A stretch of 64,000 nucleotides of DNA from an uncultured Chloroflexia bacterium. Lineage in GTDB: Bacteria > Chloroflexota > Anaerolineae > J036 > Brachytrichaceae. Position 1 is the first letter of the stretch; every line of letters starts with the position of its first letter. The notes beneath the pieces are model-generated. The model saw only the letters and a list, made by a program, of their open reading frames with translations. It ran no database searches and was not told where the DNA came from. The DNA is taken from assembly GCA_963764985.1 (NCBI GenBank), contig CAVXUI010000005.1:145569-209568 (forward strand), in the 5' to 3' direction. Below, piece after piece: positions 11,506 to 22,098 of this stretch. The position numbers and the translations under genes were made by a program.

Positions 11506-12782
11506 TGCCTCCCGACATTCATCGATGCCCAGCTCGCGCAGATCGACAACCTTGACGAGCTCAAGGTCATGCTGGTCGTGCTGCGCCTGCTCGGACAAAA
11601 GCCAGAACGAGGTGGCCATCGGTGAGCGAGGCCGAGCTGCTCGGCGCATCCGGCCGTTCGCGACGGATTGCGCTTCCCGTCGATCACGCTGCGGCCGGCG
11701 CTGCAAATGGCTGTCGCGCGCGGCACGTTGCTGGCAAGCCCGATGCGGTCGAGGCGCGCCGCGCTATTTGCGCAACGACGCCGCAGAACATTCGCGCGGT
11801 CGAGGCGCTGGCCGAAAGCGCTAGAACGCATCCGCGCCGCGCCGGATCCGACGGGCGCGTGCTCAACGCGCGCTCGGCCGCGAGATCGAACGGCTGGAGG
11901 GCCTCGAGTATTTATCCGCCAGAGCCGACGACATGCGACGGATCGAAGAATGGCTGGCGCGCGGCTACACGCGAAGACGAAATGCATCGGCGCTGTGCGC
12001 GTCACGCTGCTCCACCCGCGCCCGCGCAAGCACGCCGCACCGCGCCGCTTGCGCGACATGTCAAAAAGCGCTCATCGAAAAATCCGCCTGCCGCGCCCAG
12101 CGAATATTTCGCCATGATCATCGCCCGCAAACGCAAACCGGCGTCGAAGAGATTGTCAACCTGCGGCTGCGCCTGGGCCGCGAACCCAACGGCCGCGAAT
12201 TACAATGGATGCGCGCGCGGTCGTGGCCATGTTTGGCTTGCGCGCCACGCTCGGCCGCGCTTGGCCGGCTGACGCGCGACGACGCGGTGGATCTTTCGCG
12301 CGTTGCTGCCGTTGCTGGCCGAATCCGAAGCGGCCGCTCGCTGGCGACCGCGCACCGCAGGCCACGGAGATGACAAACTGCGCGAAGTGATTCAGCTCTA
12401 CGAGACCAGCTTGGGCTGCCGCCCACCGCGTGATCGCCGACGAGATCAAGCAGGTGCTCAGAGAGGCCGGACCCCGCCCTGTGGCGCGGCGTGTTTGACT
12501 ATGCCGCGCGCAAAAACAAAAAGAGCTGGCCGTATATCAAAAAGCTGCTGCTCAACCCGTCGCCCGATATGTTTGCGCCGGCGCCGGTCAACGACACCGC
12601 GCGTCTCCGCGTTTGCAGATGTATCGGCAGACGCGTCAATCGCATGATCGATGCCGGCCATGGCCAGCGAGATCAACACGATTGCGCTGGCACGTACACG
12701 ACCTGGCGCGCTGGACGCCGCGTTCGACAAAGCCGCGCGCAGCCAACGCGCTGCGCTGGGATTACATCAAGAGCTGTGCTAA
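11505..12782 (+). CDS. DnaD-domain replication protein; heavily frame-broken, boundaries approximate
   Basis: ATG 11505 overlaps the dnaB stop (TGATG). Pieces read across frames: IDAQLAQIDNLDELKVMLVVLRLLGQK, IERLEGLEY..RRIEEWLARGY, VIQLYETS, FDYAARKNKKSWPYIKKLLLNPSP, ALRWDYIKS (DnaD-domain-like). Confidence 0.5.
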
Positions 12783-12818
12783 CCTCGAAAGACAAGCCAA
12801 ACCGGAACAAGAAGACAG

Positions 12819-13724
12819 ATGGCAAACGACAACCCGCCCGCCAACCCGCAACGAAGGCGGCAGCCTACCGACGGCCGCAAGTCAGATACACCGACGAGCA
12901 GCGCAAAGCCGCTGAAGAGCGTGCTCGACGCCAGCTTGAGGAGCGGAAGATGAATAGAGCGCAGAGAGGTTCGCAAAGCCGATGGCGCCTCTCGCAGCGA
13001 CCCGGACGCGCCGTCGATGCGCGCGACGGGCGCCGACCTGCGCCACCTGCGGCAACAAGCGCTTTGTGGTCGATGCGACAAGGCGCGCTCAAACCTTGTC
13101 CGGACTGCGATGTCGCGCAAAAGTGGCGGGTCAAGGCCATCAGCGCCTTCTCGTCGCAGCAGCGAGGTCACGCGCAAACAGACGTTTTTGAACTTCAAGA
13201 TCGAATTCAACGGTGAGGAGAGCGCCGTGCTCAAGCGTTGCCTGCGCGCTACCGAGAAGTTTGCCGGACGATCCGACACGGCAAGTGGCTGGTGATGTGG
13301 GGCGAACGCGGCTCGCGGCAAATCGCATCTGTGCGCGGCCGTCGACAATCACCTGTATCAGGTCCGCACGCCGTCGCTCTTTATCACCATGCCCGATTTG
13401 CTTGCCTCGTTGCGTCAGGCCATGGAATTTGAAAAGAACACCGAGCAGGAAAGCTACAGCGGGCGCATGCGGCTGTTCAAAACCGCGCCGGTGTTGATTC
13501 TCGACGACCTCGGCGCGGAAACCGGGTCGGCTTGGGCCGATGGCGTGCTGTTCGAAATTCTCGACTACCGCTATCGCAACCGGCTGCCTACCATGATCGC
13601 CACCAACGTCAATCCGGATGACTTCGATCCGCGCGTGGCCTCGCGCATGCAGGATCGCGAATTCTGCACCGTCATTGAAGACGCCGCGCCCGATTTTCGT
13701 CGTCGCCCGAAGAAAGATCGATGA
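12819..13724 (+). CDS. DnaC/IstB-like AAA+ helicase-loader protein; frame-broken, start uncertain
   Basis: C-terminal ORF 13389-13724 (VLILDDLGAE..WADGVLFEILDYRYRNRLPTMIATN). After a 1-nt correction near 13310 the upstream part reads WLVMWGERGSGKSHLCAAVDNHLY (Walker A). There are Cys-pair segments (CATCGNKRF, KPCPDCD) further upstream. Confidence 0.6.
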
Positions 13725-13736
13725 GGACCGATGAGA

Positions 13737-13821
13737 AGGTTAGCCACAGAGGTCACGGAGGAACGGAGTAAGACCAATCGCTTTTTTTCTCCGTGTCCTC
13801 TGTGACCTCTGTGGCTAACCT
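13737..13821. repeat. Long imperfect hairpin (arms of about 32 nt) with CACAGAGGT-type units
   Basis: Left arm AGGTTAGCCACAGAGGTCACGGAGGAACGGAG (13737-13768). Right arm CTCCGTGTCCTCTGTGACCTCTGTGGCTAACCT (13789-13821). One mismatch and one bulge. Confidence 0.8.
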
Positions 13822-13892
13822 ACTTCCTGACAGTTGCTGACAGATTTGACAAAATACTTGAATTCATCGGCTAGATTCTTACACTGACGTGC

Positions 13893-14192
13893 ATGCAAGA
13901 TCCATTGACTGAACAGATCATCGCGGCGGCGATTGAGGTGCATCGATTGTTAGGCCCGGGGTTGCTCGAGTCAATTTACGAACAGGCGTTGTGTGTCGAG
14001 CTGACGCTGCGCGGTTTGAAAGTAGAGCAACAGGTGTATCTCCGTCGACACTCAGAATCTGTGAGTAAACTACCGGATGTGGCGCTCGCGCAAGCACTGT
14101 CATACCTGCGGGCCACCGGTCTGCAACGCGGTCTGCTGATCAACTTCGGCCTATCCCGTCTGATCGATGGCCTAAAGCGCGTTTCGTTATAA
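13893..14192 (+). pseudogene. GxxExxY-family (PD-(D/E)XK-like) protein remnant with an internal deletion
   Basis: N-terminus IIAAAIEVHRLLGPGLLESIYEQALCVELTLRGLKVEQQV and C-terminus AQALSYLRATGLQRGLLINFG match the family. About 30 residues of the central core (the usual Y-K-G ... D-L-L-V-E ... E-L-K segment) are missing. The protein is 99 aa versus the usual ~125. Confidence 0.65.
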
Positions 14193-14206
14193 AAGAAAAT
14201 CTTCCC

Positions 14207-14234
14207 CTCCGTGCTCTCTATGACCTCTGTGGCT
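14207..14234. repeat. Solo half-arm copy of the 13789-13821 hairpin arm
   Basis: CTCCGTGCTCTCTATGACCTCTGTGGCT versus CTCCGTGTCCTCTGTGACCTCTGTGGCT (3 differences in 28). It contains the in-frame ATG (14220) of argH. Confidence 0.75.
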
Positions 14235-15638
14235 GAAAAAACTTCCCCTCCCTCCCCTTCTACTTCAAAGCTCTGGGGCGGTCGGTTCACCGGTGAACTC
14301 GACGCCTGATGAAACAATTTCAACGACTCGCTGCCGTTCGACATCCGCCTGTGGGAAGTGGATATTACCGGCAGCATGGCGTATGCGCGCGCGATTGCAA
14401 AGTCCGGCATCATCACACAGCGTGAATCAGGACGCTGCTTGCTGGCCTCGATGCAGTGTTTGCCGAGTTCGCTGCCGGCAAATTCGTGGGCAAGGACAGC
14501 GATGAGGACATCCACACCGCCGTCGAGCGGCGCTTAAAGAAATCGTCGGCGATGTGGCTGGCAAATTGCACACCGGCCGCAGCCGCAACGATCAGGTTGC
14601 GACCGACCACCGGCTCTATTGCCGCAGTGCGGTGGCTAAACTGCACAACGGCGTTTCTCAGTTGCAAACCGCGCTGGTGGCGCAGGCCGACGCCAACATA
14701 GAGCACGTTGATGCCGGGATACACGCATCTCCAGCGCGCGCAACCGATTACATTTGCGCATTGGGCGTTGGCCTACGTCTGGCAACTGCAGCGTGATCGC
14801 GAACGCCTAAACGACGCGCTCAAGCGCATCAATATTTCGCCGCTCGGCTCCGGCGCGCTGGCCGGCAATCCGTTCGGGCTGGACCGTGAAGCGCTCGCGC
14901 GAGATCTCGGTTTTGACGGCGTCACCGAAAACTCGCTCGATGGCGTCAGCGACCGCGATTTTGTGGCCGAGTTGTTGTTTTGCTGCGCGATGATCGGGCT
15001 GCATCTCTCACGGCTGGCCGAAGACATGGTCTTGTACTCAAGCACCGAGTTTGGCTTTGTCACGTTTGCCGATGCCTACAGCACGGGCTCGTCGATCATG
15101 CCGCAGAAGAAAAACCCGGATGCGATGGAGCTCACGCGCGGCAAGAGCGGGCCGGCTGATCGGCAACCTTGTCAGCCTGCTGACGGTCATCAAGGGCTTG
15201 CCGATGACCTACAACAAAGACATGCAGGAGGACAAAGAAGGGCTGTTCGATTCGATCGACACGCTAACGATGACACTGAGGTCGCAAGTGGCGCAATCGC
15301 AACGCTCAAGGTAAACCCGGACAAGATGCGGGCCGCCATGGATCCGGCCATGCTGGCGACCGATGTCGCCGAATATCTGGTCCGCGCGGGCGTGCCGTTT
15401 CGCACCGCGCATCACCTGAGCGGCCAAGCGGTGGCGCTGGCCGAAAAGCTGGGCATCCAAATGAGCGACGCTATCAGCTGAACAGTGGCGCGGCATCTCG
15501 CCGCACTTTGCCGCGGACATCAAACGCGTATTTGATTTTGCGCAGTCGGTCAATTCGCGCGATGTCATCGGCGGGACAGCCGCGCGCTCGATAAAGACGC
15601 AGTTGCGCAAAGCCCGCGCCGCGATGCGCCAGGTGTAG
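14220..15638 (+). CDS. argH: Argininosuccinate lyase; several frame breaks
   Basis: SKLWGGRF is in frame with ATG 14220. Other pieces: [43 protein letters not shown] (ORF 14554-14796), [53 protein letters not shown] (ORF 14708-15481), [19 protein letters not shown] (ORF 15051-15314). TAG at 15636-15638. Confidence 0.85.
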
Positions 15639-15641
15639 CGC

Positions 15642-16433
15642 GTGACGGCGCACCTGTTCGAATACAGTGTCAACAAGGGCGGCATTGAGCGCAAGGGGGA
15701 TGCTACTCGCCTGCATATCGGCCCGACGCCAGCCACGCAGTACAGCGATGCGCAGCTCGACGATTACAGCGGCCACCGGCCGTTTGTCTTTCGGCATGCA
15801 GCGCCGCGAACACTCCGCCTGCGCGCGCGGTTCTCGCATCCGATCGGCGCGCTAAAAGGGACAGCCGGGTTTGGCTTCTGGAACCATCCGTTCGGCGCTG
15901 GCGGCGGGCTCATCCCGCGCAGCTTGTGGTTCTTTTATGGATCACCGGAATCCAATCTGCGTTTCTCGCGCCAGACGCCGGGCCATGGCTTTAAAGCCGC
16001 CCTGTTGGACGCGTTGCCGCTCTGGCGTCGCCAATCACCGGCGACCGGCACCTCTGCGGGGCCGGCATCTGAAACGAGTAAACCCGCCAGCGTGCTCTTT
16101 AAGCTCGCGCAGAAGGTCCTCACCAGCCGGCCGATCACCGCGCTGGCGGTGCGCACGGCGCAGCGCATCTCTCACGCCCCCGAGCAGATGCTCAACCTGG
16201 ACATAACCGATTGGCATGACTACGCGCTGAGTTGGCAAACGGATGGCGTCGCCTGGTCTGTCGATGGCGAAACTGTCTTCCGCGCCCGGCGTCCGCCAAC
16301 CGGCCCCCTCGGCTTAGTTATTTGGATCGACAACTATGTCGCACAGTTTACAGAAGCTGGCAAATACGAAATTGCGCATGTTTCCATTGCGCGCGAACAG
16401 TGGCTAGAGGTGGAGGACGTTGCGGTCTTTTGA
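15642..16433 (+). CDS. Hypothetical protein, possibly a concanavalin-A-like / GH16-like fold
   Basis: Intact 263-aa ORF with a GTG start. The segment DWHDYALSWQTDGVAWSVDGETVF resembles the GH16/ConA-like strand motif. The product call is weak. Confidence 0.45.
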   Translation: MTAHLFEYSVNKGGIERKGDATRLHIGPTPATQYSDAQLDDYSGHRPFVFRHAAPRTLRLRARFSHPIGALKGTAGFGFWNHPFGAGGGLIPRSLWFFYGSPESNLRFSRQTPGHGFKAALLDALPLWRRQSPATGTSAGPASETSKPASVLFKLAQKVLTSRPITALAVRTAQRISHAPEQMLNLDITDWHDYALSWQTDGVAWSVDGETVFRARRPPTGPLGLVIWIDNYVAQFTEAGKYEIAHVSIAREQWLEVEDVAVF

Positions 16434-16667
16434 CCGATGAACGACAAGGACTATGCGATAGTCTTAGCGTAGAAGGCGCGTTCATCATCAACGTTTCGGA
16501 TGAACACAAGTGCTGATGGTTGGATTGGCCTCTGGCTGATCACAGGCAACCCATCCGGCGCGCGCCACACTTCACACGCGTCACGGCGCACAGTATGTGT
16601 TTTGACGCGTATCGACAAGGGCATAGGCCCGATTGTTTGCATACACATCTAAGGGGACTGAACCGAC

Positions 16668-16877
16668 ATGGCGACACTAATCATTTTGAGCGCTGGCGTG
16701 CTCCTGGTCTGCTTGATCATGCTGGCGAATGCACAACACAGCCAGACAAAGACGCGTCGCGCAAACACAGCTGAAACAGTGCGTCTTGGCGATCAAGTTG
16801 TAGCAACAGCCAAAGCCCCTGTCTCAAAATCGAACCGCCGCGTTGGCATGTTTGGCGCAAACATGCGCGACGACTGA
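16668..16877 (+). CDS. Small hypothetical membrane protein (69 aa)
   Basis: AAGGGGA lies 9 nt upstream of the ATG. The N-terminus is hydrophobic (MATLIILSAGVLLVCLIMLA). No family recognised. Confidence 0.35.
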   Translation: MATLIILSAGVLLVCLIMLANAQHSQTKTRRANTAETVRLGDQVVATAKAPVSKSNRRVGMFGANMRDD

Positions 16878-16909
16878 CGTGCGACTAGCACCGTCCGGCG
16901 TTGACACAG

Positions 16910-17208
16910 TCACCCAGCATCCGGCGGGAGTGAACGCCAATGCTCAAGCCAGGCGCGGCCGGCATCCGTGAGCCAATAGGTCGCAGCTGGAAACTTTTTG
17001 TTGCTGCTAATGAGCCCGGCATCGGCCAGCAACAGACACATCATCGGCGGCAACCGGCGCGCTATGCGTCCAGGTCATACAACACGTAACGCTTGGAGCC
17101 CTCAATGTCGCGGTGGTCTTTGAGGCGCAGCCCCGCGGCGATGGACGTGAGCAACTTGCGCTGCGTGTCGCTGATCGATATGTCTGCAGGATCCTGCCGC
17201 TCAGCCAT
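16910..17208 (-). CDS. Small hypothetical protein (~99 aa, one frame break near 17065)
   Basis: MAERQDPADISISDTQRKLLTSIAAGLRLKDHRDIEGSKRYVLYDLD, continuing after a shift as RRLPPMMCLLLADAGLISSNKKFPAATYWLTDAGRAWLEHW. Starts 9 nt after the preceding ORF. Confidence 0.3.
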
Positions 17209-17217
17209 GGCGTGCCT

Positions 17218-17425
17218 TCATCCCAGGTTATCGACGTGCTCTTGCAGCTGACGTTGGTTGATTTTTACGAATTTATCAGGCACCAATTCGTCCATCTCTT
17301 CCTGCGTCAGCCGATAGGACAAGATCTCGAGCGCGTCTTCAGGCGATTGCCCATAGCACCAGCTTTTTCTTGCCGTTCGTCATGTCAAACAGATACATGA
17401 AGTGCGGGTTGCAAAAGCTGGACAT
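17218..17425 (-). CDS. Small hypothetical protein (~69 aa, one frame break near 17360)
   Basis: MSSFCNPHFMYLFDMTNGKKK, then after a shift SWCYGQSPEDALEILSYRLTQEEMDELVPDKFVKINQRQLQEHVDNLG. Lies immediately downstream of the radical SAM gene. Confidence 0.3.
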
Positions 17426-17437
17426 TTATGCCTTTGC

Positions 17438-18812
17438 TCAGCGCTTCCCAAAATTCGCGCGATTCTGGAGAACGCTGGTCATGCCGCGCTCGACTTCGTC
17501 GTTGTATTTGCCGGCCAGCAGTTCGCGATAAAACTTGTAGTCAATGCCCTTGAGTTTTTCGTCGTCCGGGAAAGCGGTGATAGTTGTCTTTGCTCATCAG
17601 GCTTTTGCCTTCAGCAATCAGCTGATTGCCCAGGGCCGAGCCCGGATACGGCGCATAAAACGAGATCGACGGCAGGATGCGCTTGGTGTATTTGATCATG
17701 CGCATGGTCTTGAAAGCGTCTTCGCGTGTTTCGCCGGGAAGCCCCAGCATGATGTTGCTCCAGAAGACCGGCGGCTCTTCGCCCGCGCGCCTCCATGTCA
17801 TCGCCGATGCGCGTCAGCAAGATCGATGGCAAAGTAGTTGTCCTGCTTCGGTGCATTCTTTATTGAGAATCTTGAGCACGCGGTCGCTGCCGCTTTCAAA
17901 GCCAATCGACACGGTCTTCCAGTTGGTCTTTCGCACAACCGCCTCAAACAACTCCGGCCACTGCCGAACCGTGTCCGCGCGCGCCGGCGGCCCAATACGG
18001 CCAGACCTTGTTGGCCATCTTCGGATACTTCTCGACCCACTCCTCCAGCCAGGACGGATTCTGAAAGAACATCGAATCGTGAATGACGAGCGAGCCAAGC
18101 GGGCCATAGGTCTTGTCCAGAAAGTTGAGCTCTTCGATGACCATCTCGACCGGACGGCGGCCCATGTTCGGGATGTAGCTGTTCTCATTGCAAAACACGC
18201 ACTGCCACGGGCAAACGCGGCTGGTGAACATCGTGGCCACCGGCGCCGGCCCCCAGCCCGCACTCCGGTTCGAGCGGCCAGCTGAACTTGGCCTTCGAGC
18301 TTCTTGCTGGCCGGCTTGGGCCACATAGTCGCGGTCGATCATCGGCCACTCGGCCATGCTCTTGGCGCCGCAGCCAAGCAGATGACGCGGAAAGGCATCC
18401 GGATTGGCGACCAGATTGACGATCGTGTTCTCGCCCGGTCCCTGGCAAATTTTGTCGAATTCGGGCACGGCCAGCATTTCGTCCAGCGCGACAGTGGCAT
18501 GCATGCCGCCGGTCAGCACCAGGCCTTTCGGGTTGACTTGTTTGAAAATTTTGGCCGAGCGATAGGCGACCGGAATGTGTAGCTGCGCACATTCATGATC
18601 AGCATGTCGTAGCCTTTCATGCGGCGCTCGACTTCGTCCCAGCTCGTGCACTGACGCGTGCTGAACATGTCGGTCTCGATGCCGTTGTTCTTGAGAATGG
18701 TGCGCAGCAATCCCATGCCGTGATCCTGCCATTGCTCATGCGGGCCCGCCGGATTAACCAGGTCGCCCAGGTCGCCCAAATCCAGCCAGAGGCGTTTGGC
18801 CGCTGGCGCCAT
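17438..18812 (-). CDS. B12-binding-domain radical SAM protein; at least 4 frame breaks, 3' end uncertain
   Basis: Pieces in ORFs 18513-18944, 17944-18732, 17814-18326 and 17541-17801. N-terminal B12-like domain: LLRTILKNNGIETDMF..GYDMLIMNV..VLTGGMHATV. Radical SAM core: SRVCPWQCVFCNE, SIGFESGSDRVLKILNKE, NIMLGLPGETREDA. Likely ATG at 18812. Confidence 0.7.
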
Positions 18813-19143
18813 TGCGCGGCTGTCTTTGGGAAAAGGTTCTTCAACATCGCATGTCACGATAAACAATACAAGAAGTGCTGACGATGGCAACAACGTGGCG
18901 GCTAGCCGCAGCCCTACGCGAACACCGTCGGGGCGCATAGCCACGAGACACCAAAAAGTACGAAGATCGGCGAGATCCTAATCGCGCGAAGCGAGGGACA
19001 TAGCAATTCGCCGCCTAACTGACCCTGTTTTTGGTGCACCAGCGCTGGCTGCGACAGACAACAAAGGCGATCGGGACAGCTGCCCGCTCGCCTTTTGTCT
19101 ATGCCGTGCAATTATGATCGACACGGTGCACGGCGATCAACGC

Positions 19144-19585
19144 TTAGTGGCAACCGCAGCCGCTGCCGCAGCTGGCGCCTTCGTCGGTCGCGCCGCTGTC
19201 TTTGGTCTTAAAGGAGCTGCCGCAACCGCAGGCTGCCACGGCATTGGGGTTCTCGATCTTGAACCCGCCGCCCATCAGGCTGTCGACAAAGTCGATGCTG
19301 GCGCCCGAAAGATACATCATGCTGGTCGGATCGACAAACAGCTTGACGCCGTTCTGATTTACGACCGTGTCAAAATCGCGCGGCTCGGCCTCAAAGGCCA
19401 TGCCATATTGCAGACCCGGAGCAACCGCCGCCGGCGACAAACACGCGCAGGCCATGATTTGGGATATTGCGCGAAGCCAGCAGATCACGCAGCTTGGTCT
19501 CGGCCGTCGGCGTCAGGCTGATGGTCGGTGCGTCAATCGCCACTTCGACTTCTCTGGTGATATCGGTCAATGCTACGGTAGCCAT
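19144..19585 (-). CDS. IscA/ErpA-type iron-sulfur cluster insertion protein with a Cys-rich C-terminal tail; one frame break near 19430
   Basis: ORF 19391-19585 (GLRVFVAGGGCSG) joins ORF 19144-19488 (LQYGMAFE..GGGFKIENPNAVAACGCGSSF). An extra tail KTKDSGATDEGASCGSGCGCH follows. Confidence 0.75.
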
Positions 19586-19900
19586 TCAGTCATAATCCTT
19601 GTCTAGAACCGGCGCGCACAACTGGGACTTTCCCAGAAACGCACCAATGCTGATACGAGTGCAACAGGTCCTCTGAGGACCCAAGCTTACGCGAAGATTC
19701 TAGCATGGGGTCGAAAATCCGCTCATTTTGTGAGCTCCGGATAAATTTAAGTGGATGTGCGTCCGTTTACATTCACCCGGCTCGGCGCCGCAGGAGAGCG
19801 CCCCGTTGCGTGTAGCGCAAGTTGCGCAGCCGATCCGCTTCGCGCGCATTGCCATGTGCCCCCGCCCGCACACTTGTGGCAGTCAATTAAAATACCTGCA

Positions 19901-21539
19901 ATGGACGGCATCGTCACGCTCAACACTGCACTCGAACAGGTCAACACTGCCCTGCGTGGAAACACGCCGGCCGAGGCGCTTAATGCAACCGCAGAGCTGC
20001 TCGCGGCGTATCCCGAATCGGTGCGGGCCTGGCGCGCCCGCGCCAGCGCACTCGAAACGGCCGGTCAATACAGCGCCGCCGCCGAAGCGCTTGGCCGCGT
20101 GCTCGATATCGTGCCCTCCGACGCCCTGGCCCTGGTCGCCCACGCCCGCATGCTCAACGCCTCCGGGCGCAGTGCCGAAGCCGCAGAAGCGGCCCGGCTG
20201 GCGCTTGACTACGATCAGGACAACGCGCAGTTGCGCAAATTCGCGCAGCAAGATTCGGCGCTGCATCAGATGCACCCGGGTTCGGCGCATGCCGGTCGCG
20301 TGCATATGGCGCGCACCCAATTTCAAAATGGGCTGACAAACCGCGCGATCGCCAAGCTGCACAATCTGTTGCAGAGCCACCCGACCCGCACCGACACCTA
20401 TGTTGAGCTGGCGGACATGCTCTGGCGCAGCAGCATTCGCCACACCGCCGCCGAGATGTGCCGCAAGATACTTGAGTCACATCCGCACTGCCTGACTGCC
20501 AACGCAATCCTGATGGCCTACAGCCGGCGCATGGAAGATCCGGGCGCTGAACAACGCCACCTCGCTGCCATCGCCCAGGTCGACCCCGACCACCGCGAAA
20601 CATTTGGCCTGCTGGCCGAGAAGTCGCCGGTGCGGATCATCGATGTGCCAGTGCAAAACAGCAGCGCGCGGCCGTTGGTTGAAGAAGATGAGGAATCGCG
20701 TTCTGATTGGGTCGATCAGTTGATCGCATCGTCATCGGTTGCGCCCCCGCCCACCGGCCGGCCATCCGCACTCGCGCCCTCGGACAGTGTCATCGATGAC
20801 CGTGAGGCCACCGCGATCCACGAATTGCCGCCGCTGGACTGGTCGATCGTCGATGCGCAGGAGATTACGCCGGTTGACGACGAACTGCTTGCCGAAGCCG
20901 CACTCGATCGCGCCCAATCGCCTGACGCGCCCGTCGAACCCGCCGGCGCCGCCGTGCGCGTCACCGACGAAGGTGTCGCGGTGGAGCCATTGGATTGGGA
21001 ACGGGTGGAAGACGAAGGTTCTGAAACGGTCGATGTTGAAGCAATCGAAGTCACAGAAATCGTCGACGATGTCGATGAAGGCGATGACGATGAATCTGGT
21101 TTCGATGGCGATGGCACGGTCGAGCGACGAGACCGACAGCGACGACGCTGTCGATGGCGCAGATGCGTCGGAACGGTCCGGGACGACACCGGGACCGGAC
21201 TTTGTGACGCACGGCGGTCGCATGATCCGGGTCGACACGATGAAGCCAATACCGATCGTGCCGCGCCCGGCGCAGCGAGCGGTGAAACCCGATGACCTGC
21301 TGAGCACTGCGCGGGATGCTTTGACGCGCCGTTCGCTCGATGAAGCTGCCGCGCAGTATGAGTTGCTCGCCGGCAAAAATAAGCGCCTGGAAGACATCAT
21401 CACCGACCTGGAAGATGCTGTTCGGGTGCATCCGGCCAACCGCCGACTCTATGAGGCGTTGGGCACCGCCTATCAAAACAAGGGCAATATGCCGGCCGCG
21501 CTGGAAGCGTTCCGCAAGGCGTTGTCGTCAATCGGGTAA
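19901..21539 (+). CDS. TPR-repeat protein with an acidic low-complexity linker; one frame break near 21100
   Basis: ATG 19901 (MDGIVTLNTALEQV). TPR-like helices in the N-terminal half. Asp/Glu-rich region around 20850-21130. The C-terminal TPR (LYEALGTAYQNKGNMPAALEAFRKAL) is in ORF 20739-21539. Confidence 0.6.
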
Positions 21540-21557
21540 AATTCTTCCTGCAATACC

Positions 21558-22039
21558 ATGGAAAGAACTCTGATCATCATCAAGCCGGATGGCGTGCAAC
21601 GCGCGCTGATCGGCGACATCGTCTCGCGTTTCGAAAGCGCGGCCTGCGCATCGCTGGCATGAAATTGATCCAGATTCCGCGCGCGCTCGCGGAAGAACAC
21701 TATGCCGAACACAAGGGCAAGGGATTCTATGAACCGACCGTGCAATTCATGATCTCGGGGCCGGTTGTGGTCATCTGTCTCGAAGGGCCAAATGCCATGG
21801 CGGCTTCACGCCAGACGATGGGCGCCACCCGCCCGCCCGAGGCTGCACCGGGCACCATCCGCGCCGACTTCGGTCTCGATGTATCGCGCAACCTGGTGCA
21901 TGGCAGCGACAAACCCGAAACTGCCGAACGCGAAATAACGCTCTACTTCAAGCCGGAAGAACTCGTCAGCTACCAGCGCGCTGCCGATATCTGGCTGAAG
22001 GATTGGCCGCTACAAAGGTTCTACACGCAATCCCTTTAA
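21558..22039 (+). CDS. ndk: Nucleoside diphosphate kinase; one frame break near 21640
   Basis: [26 protein letters not shown], then ORF 21659-22039 ([44 protein letters not shown]). Confidence 0.85.
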
Positions 22040-22098
22040 AAGCGCGGCTGATTTCAAAGCTGCGCTTTCTCGAATGACGACTGTTTTACAAGCGTCAT

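Noticed and set aside
11440-11510. Programmed ribosomal frameshifting as the explanation for the frame breaks, for example at the dnaB 3' end.
   Set aside because: The breaks are scattered through more than 25 unrelated genes, with no slippery heptamer or downstream-structure pattern. Indel error is the simpler explanation.
18813-19143. Cobalamin riboswitch upstream of the B12-binding radical SAM gene.
   Set aside because: I read the minus strand for a B12-box-like core (GCCACTG-type) and the usual conserved GGTG/AGGGAA segments and found none. Only an iscA-proximal stem (about 19056-19100) is apparent.
20850-21130. The acidic DE-rich stretch in the TPR gene as a DNA-level tandem repeat.
   Set aside because: It shows compositional bias (GAC/GAA/GAT-rich) but no regular nucleotide period that I could trace. 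I treat it as a low-complexity linker.
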